DNA of 20,000 nt from an uncultured virus (IMG/VR IMGVR_UViG_3300025003_000394) (Duplodnaviria > Heunggongvirae > Uroviricota > Caudoviricetes). The notes beneath the pieces are model-generated. The model saw nothing but the letters and a program-made list of their open reading frames with translations, was not told the origin of the DNA and did not search any database. A program made the translations under genes and the position numbers. The stretch is taken from IMG/VR virus record IMGVR_UViG_3300025003_000394. One strand, given 5' to 3'. Positions 16,989 through 20,000 of this stretch are shown one piece after another. The stretch's first letter is position 1; each line of letters begins with the position of its first letter.

Positions 16989-17771
16989 ATGAAAGATTTA
17001 GAACAAAAATTAAAAACAGCAGAAAATTTAATTAAAGATATAAAAATGGATTCTTTTAGAGAGGTGCCAAGCGTAGAATCAGTCTTAAATGATGCAAGAA
17101 ATAGAGAATTTGCTGACGTAAAATTTGAAATAATTTCTACAGTAAAAACAAAATTACAAGTTGATAGAAAAATGAGTATGGCTATGCAAAAAGCGATGTC
17201 ATTTTCAAGAAATGCAAGATTAAACATGAGAGCAATGACAGAAGGTTTTGAGAGTGAAAATGGAGATAGATTTAAATATACTGAGATAAAACCAAAAGAA
17301 GTGAATTTGCCAGCAGAAATAAGTCAGGCTGTGAGAGTAGCAGGGTTGTCTTCAATTTCTTGGACAGATCTAAATGACTTACCATCAATGATGAATGAAC
17401 AAATAAAGAAAATGGGCGAAACTGTTTTTCAATCATTTGGTTTAAATACTAGTGGAAAAATTCATACAATATCAAGTTTTAAGAATTCGGAAATGCTAAA
17501 CAGTAATCTGGAATTAAATTCAGTACTTGGTTTTTTAAAAAACAATGCTTCACAAGTGTTTGAAGAACCATTGACTCAAATATTTAGTGGAATTGGTGGA
17601 AAAGCCGAGGAATATAAGCCTAAAATACAAATATATAACACTAATGACAAAGCATATTTGGTAGTATTTGAGCCAGAAGGACAAGGTATGGAAGGTCAAT
17701 ATATTTATGAATTTCATAGAGACGAAAAATTACAAAATAAAAATAAAAATAGTTTAAGGAAAATATATTAA
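16989..17771 (+). CDS. Hypothetical protein; start reassigned to ATG 16989
   Basis: GAAGG RBS, TATAAT at 16948-16953; motifs NLPAEIS...W..LNDLP.MM..QIKKMGETVF...ELNSV...YIY resemble, from memory and unverified, an uncharacterised family of megaplasmids/jumbo phages. Confidence 0.8.
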   Translation: MKDLEQKLKTAENLIKDIKMDSFREVPSVESVLNDARNREFADVKFEIISTVKTKLQVDRKMSMAMQKAMSFSRNARLNMRAMTEGFESENGDRFKYTEIKPKEVNLPAEISQAVRVAGLSSISWTDLNDLPSMMNEQIKKMGETVFQSFGLNTSGKIHTISSFKNSEMLNSNLELNSVLGFLKNNASQVFEEPLTQIFSGIGGKAEEYKPKIQIYNTNDKAYLVVFEPEGQGMEGQYIYEFHRDEKLQNKNKNSLRKIY

Positions 17772-17835
17772 TTATAAGTGCTTTATTTTTTTTTTAAATA
17801 TTATAGTATAAATATGTAGAGAAGGAAAAAAAATA

Positions 17836-18603
17836 ATGAAAATAATAATAATGATAATAATAATATTAAATGCAATAATGATAAGCAGTATTAATTCATC
17901 TACATTTTTAATGAAAATGGAAAATAACCCAAAAAATATTGATGTTTTAAAAACTCCTGAATATGTAAAGGAAGTAATACCTATAATATTAAGCTGTAAT
18001 ATTGGTGAATTAGATGTTGATAGTAAAAAATGCAAAACAGAATTAATTTCAGACATAATATTTACTTGTCCATCTGGATTAAGTAATTACAATAGCTCTA
18101 GTTGTTATGGGTACTTATATAAAGGCTATACAAGTGCAAATTGCCCTAGTGGATATATTTCAGTTAATGGGAGTTGTTATGCCTCAGTAAATAAAGTATC
18201 TGGAACCACTTGTTCTTCTGGCTACACTTACGGAAAATGGGCAGCGGGATACTGTGTAGACTCAGCGGCATATACTACTGTTCAAGGTGCGAATTGTGGC
18301 AATGGGACTACTTCAATATGGGATAGTAAAAATTATGTATGTAGATTTGCAACACCATATTCATATATACCTGAAAAAGTATGTCCATCATCTACAGTGA
18401 ATGGTAATTGTATTAATTTATCAGATAGCAAAGCTTACACTTACACTTGTTCATCAGGTTATAGTTGGGACGGAAATAGGTGTTCTGCATTTTACTTGGA
18501 AGATAAAATAAGAAGTTGCTTAAGTGGGTTTGTAATGAATAATGATTTTTGCACTAAGACTGTAATTGAAGACCCTGTGAATAACCCACCACCAAGTGAA
18601 TAA
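17836..18603 (+). CDS. Secreted Cys-rich protein with CPSGY-type repeats (TraN-like adhesin region); last 8 codons supplied by the IS end
   Basis: Signal-peptide-like MKIIIMIIIILNA; repeats TCPSGL..C, NCPSGY..C, TCSSGY..C, SCLSGF..C. Confidence 0.65.
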   Translation: MKIIIMIIIILNAIMISSINSSTFLMKMENNPKNIDVLKTPEYVKEVIPIILSCNIGELDVDSKKCKTELISDIIFTCPSGLSNYNSSSCYGYLYKGYTSANCPSGYISVNGSCYASVNKVSGTTCSSGYTYGKWAAGYCVDSAAYTTVQGANCGNGTTSIWDSKNYVCRFATPYSYIPEKVCPSSTVNGNCINLSDSKAYTYTCSSGYSWDGNRCSAFYLEDKIRSCLSGFVMNNDFCTKTVIEDPVNNPPPSE

Positions 18604-18720
18604 ATTCACTATGGTGGGGGCTTCTCTTGAATGCTGTTCTGTTTAAAGATAGCAGCAACCAAAAAAACTATTTATCACTATTGTTGCGTTAACGCAACAA
18701 TAAAAAACTGGCTATCGTAT
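18577..18720 (-). ncRNA. Putative TnpB reRNA/omegaRNA scaffold (5' boundary uncertain); predicted guide AGGGUCUUCAAUUACAGUCU from 18576-18557
   Basis: Perfect 20-bp palindrome TTGTTGCGTTAACGCAACAA (18681-18700) over the stop codon, TGCTG/CAGCA stem (18632-18657), right-end hairpin; position typical of TnpB reRNAs. Confidence 0.55.
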
Positions 18721-20000
18721 CTGATGCATTCTTATCTGCATCTTTTTTTATATTACATATCGGGCAAAGGAATAGTTTGTTTTTTCTCATATTCTTATCC
18801 ACCACTTTATGCTTTGTGCATGTTGTTGATGAGAAAAATGACGGGATGCGGATCTCTAAAATACCATTCCAAAGAAATTTTTCCTTTGCCATTCTCATAT
18901 ATTGACCTTTTGAGCCATTATTTATCATTTTATTAAATGATTTACCTCTATATTTCGGTTTTTCTTTTTCTATTGCCATAACACTTAGATCTTCAACAAT
19001 CATTGTGGCATTATAAGTGGTGAGTAATTTTTTCTCAACATTACTGAGAAAACCAAACCAACTTTTCTTAATGCCTTGTATTTTTTTATAAACATTTCTT
19101 CTTAATGTTTTTAAGTGTTTTGTTATGTTTAATAATTTGAAAAATTTATTAATTAATTTTTGAACAAACTCATCCTCAACGATCAGTTTTTCGTTAATGT
19201 GATCTTCTTCTTTTAATTGCAAGTGATGTTTGATGTTGATTAATAATAATTCTATTTTATTGTAAAGACAATCTATTTCACTTTTATAACGGTCAATTTT
19301 CAAACATTGTTGAGATAATTTTTCTATAAAGTTTTTACCACTATATTGTACTTGCTCTATGACTTTTGGTGAATATTCTTTGTCTTGATAAAGTAATTTT
19401 GTGGTGGATTTTGTTAATTCAAGTCTTTCCTTAAATTCATTAAATGATAAATTAAATTCATTCTCAATAACACTTAATGTAATTGTATCTACATACCCAA
19501 AGTCACGCGCAACAATATGATCGGAATTTTTCAATTGATTAAATTGTGCTTCTAAATTCGTTTCAATATTTTCTTTTGTTAGTGTACTTCTGACTTCAAT
19601 ACGGTCATGCTTAATTACCAGTAATAAAGATTGCACATTAGGGTACTCACTATTATTGAGCAATCGCTGATATAATGCTTGATTTAATTGAATAGGGATG
19701 TTTATTTTTTCACCGTGATTAACGGGATGACTTATGGCTAAAAACAAGCGATAATGCTTATTGGTGTTGTCAATAAGCCATTTATAATGTTGGTCAACAT
19801 GAATGACCTTTTCTTTATATTGATTAATAATGCGAGAGTCTAAATGAATTGTCGTTGAAAAATCATCATTAATGCCAAATCTGGGTTGAGAAAAACGTAA
19901 CTTAATAACAGTATACACATAGTGAATAATATCTATTTGAATGTGATTAAAATTAAAGGTTTTATGATTAAAAATAATATCACGTAACCACGTTAATCGT
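18689..20000 (-). CDS. tnpB: Large TnpB-like RNA-guided RuvC nuclease, 5'-partial
   Basis: RuvC-I VARDFG, RuvC-II IVEDL, Zn-ribbon SSTTCTKH...CPIC, RuvC-III DADKNAS; frame stays open from the GTG at 19918 to the window edge (RLTWLRDIIFNHKTF...), so more than 436 aa. Confidence 0.85.
   Translation of the reverse strand, partial: RLTWLRDIIFNHKTFNFNHIQIDIIHYVYTVIKLRFSQPRFGINDDFSTTIHLDSRIINQYKEKVIHVDQHYKWLIDNTNKHYRLFLAISHPVNHGEKINIPIQLNQALYQRLLNNSEYPNVQSLLLVIKHDRIEVRSTLTKENIETNLEAQFNQLKNSDHIVARDFGYVDTITLSVIENEFNLSFNEFKERLELTKSTTKLLYQDKEYSPKVIEQVQYSGKNFIEKLSQQCLKIDRYKSEIDCLYNKIELLLINIKHHLQLKEEDHINEKLIVEDEFVQKLINKFFKLLNITKHLKTLRRNVYKKIQGIKKSWFGFLSNVEKKLLTTYNATMIVEDLSVMAIEKEKPKYRGKSFNKMINNGSKGQYMRMAKEKFLWNGILEIRIPSFFSSTTCTKHKVVDKNMRKNKLFLCPICNIKKDADKNASDTIASFLLLR

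Larger units (their letters stand above)
18577..20000 (-). mobile_element. IS200/IS605-family element carrying tnpB; left end lies outside the window
   Basis: Minus-strand right end GAAGCCCCCACCATAGTGAATTTATTCACTTGGTGGTGGGTTATTCAC ending at 18577; subterminal hairpin 18589-18617. Confidence 0.8.

Noticed and set aside
18577..18700. CRISPR array next to the RuvC nuclease (Cas12 locus)
   Set aside because: Only single hairpins and an IS605-type end; no repeat-spacer periodicity seen anywhere in the window
2481..18936. Short overlapping ORFs in the track (2481-2672, 3868-4098, 4285-4578, 6877-7110, 7608-7790, 8801-9046, 9619-9924, 10847-11044, 11275-11493, 11932-12399, 15010-15234, 16910-17227, 17772-18056, 18631-18936)
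   Set aside because: All are nested in or antisense to longer, better supported genes and show the F/L/I/S-rich composition expected of shadow frames
1..20000. Alternative genetic code (stop-codon reassignment)
   Set aside because: Standard-code ORFs already tile the window densely, with TAA, TAG and TGA all used as stops

Overview
Very AT-rich, gene-dense accessory region with no housekeeping genes, rRNA, tRNA or CRISPR array. It looks like part of a very large mobile replicon (megaplasmid or jumbo-phage-like; inference). Recognisable parts are: a divergent McrB-like NTPase plus McrC-like PD-(D/E)XK nuclease pair (2302-5038, minus); a 526-bp non-autonomous IS200/IS605 IscB remnant that keeps its omegaRNA, both end hairpins and only the 54-aa PLMP domain (5275-5800), ending exactly at an ATGAA that is the start codon of the next gene; a large TnpB-like RuvC nuclease with an IS605-type right end (18577 to the window edge) inserted into the 3' end of a secreted Cys-rich TraN-like gene; an alpha/beta hydrolase; an ankyrin-like protein; and three paralog families of unknown function. 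The most unusual observation is that otherwise unrelated proteins share short C-terminal tails. Five end in [IL]-x-[NK]-[KN]-[IVL]-x-x-F-stop, and many others end in a Lys/Arg-rich stretch capped by hydrophobic residues. This suggests an element-wide C-terminal sorting, translocation or degradation signal.
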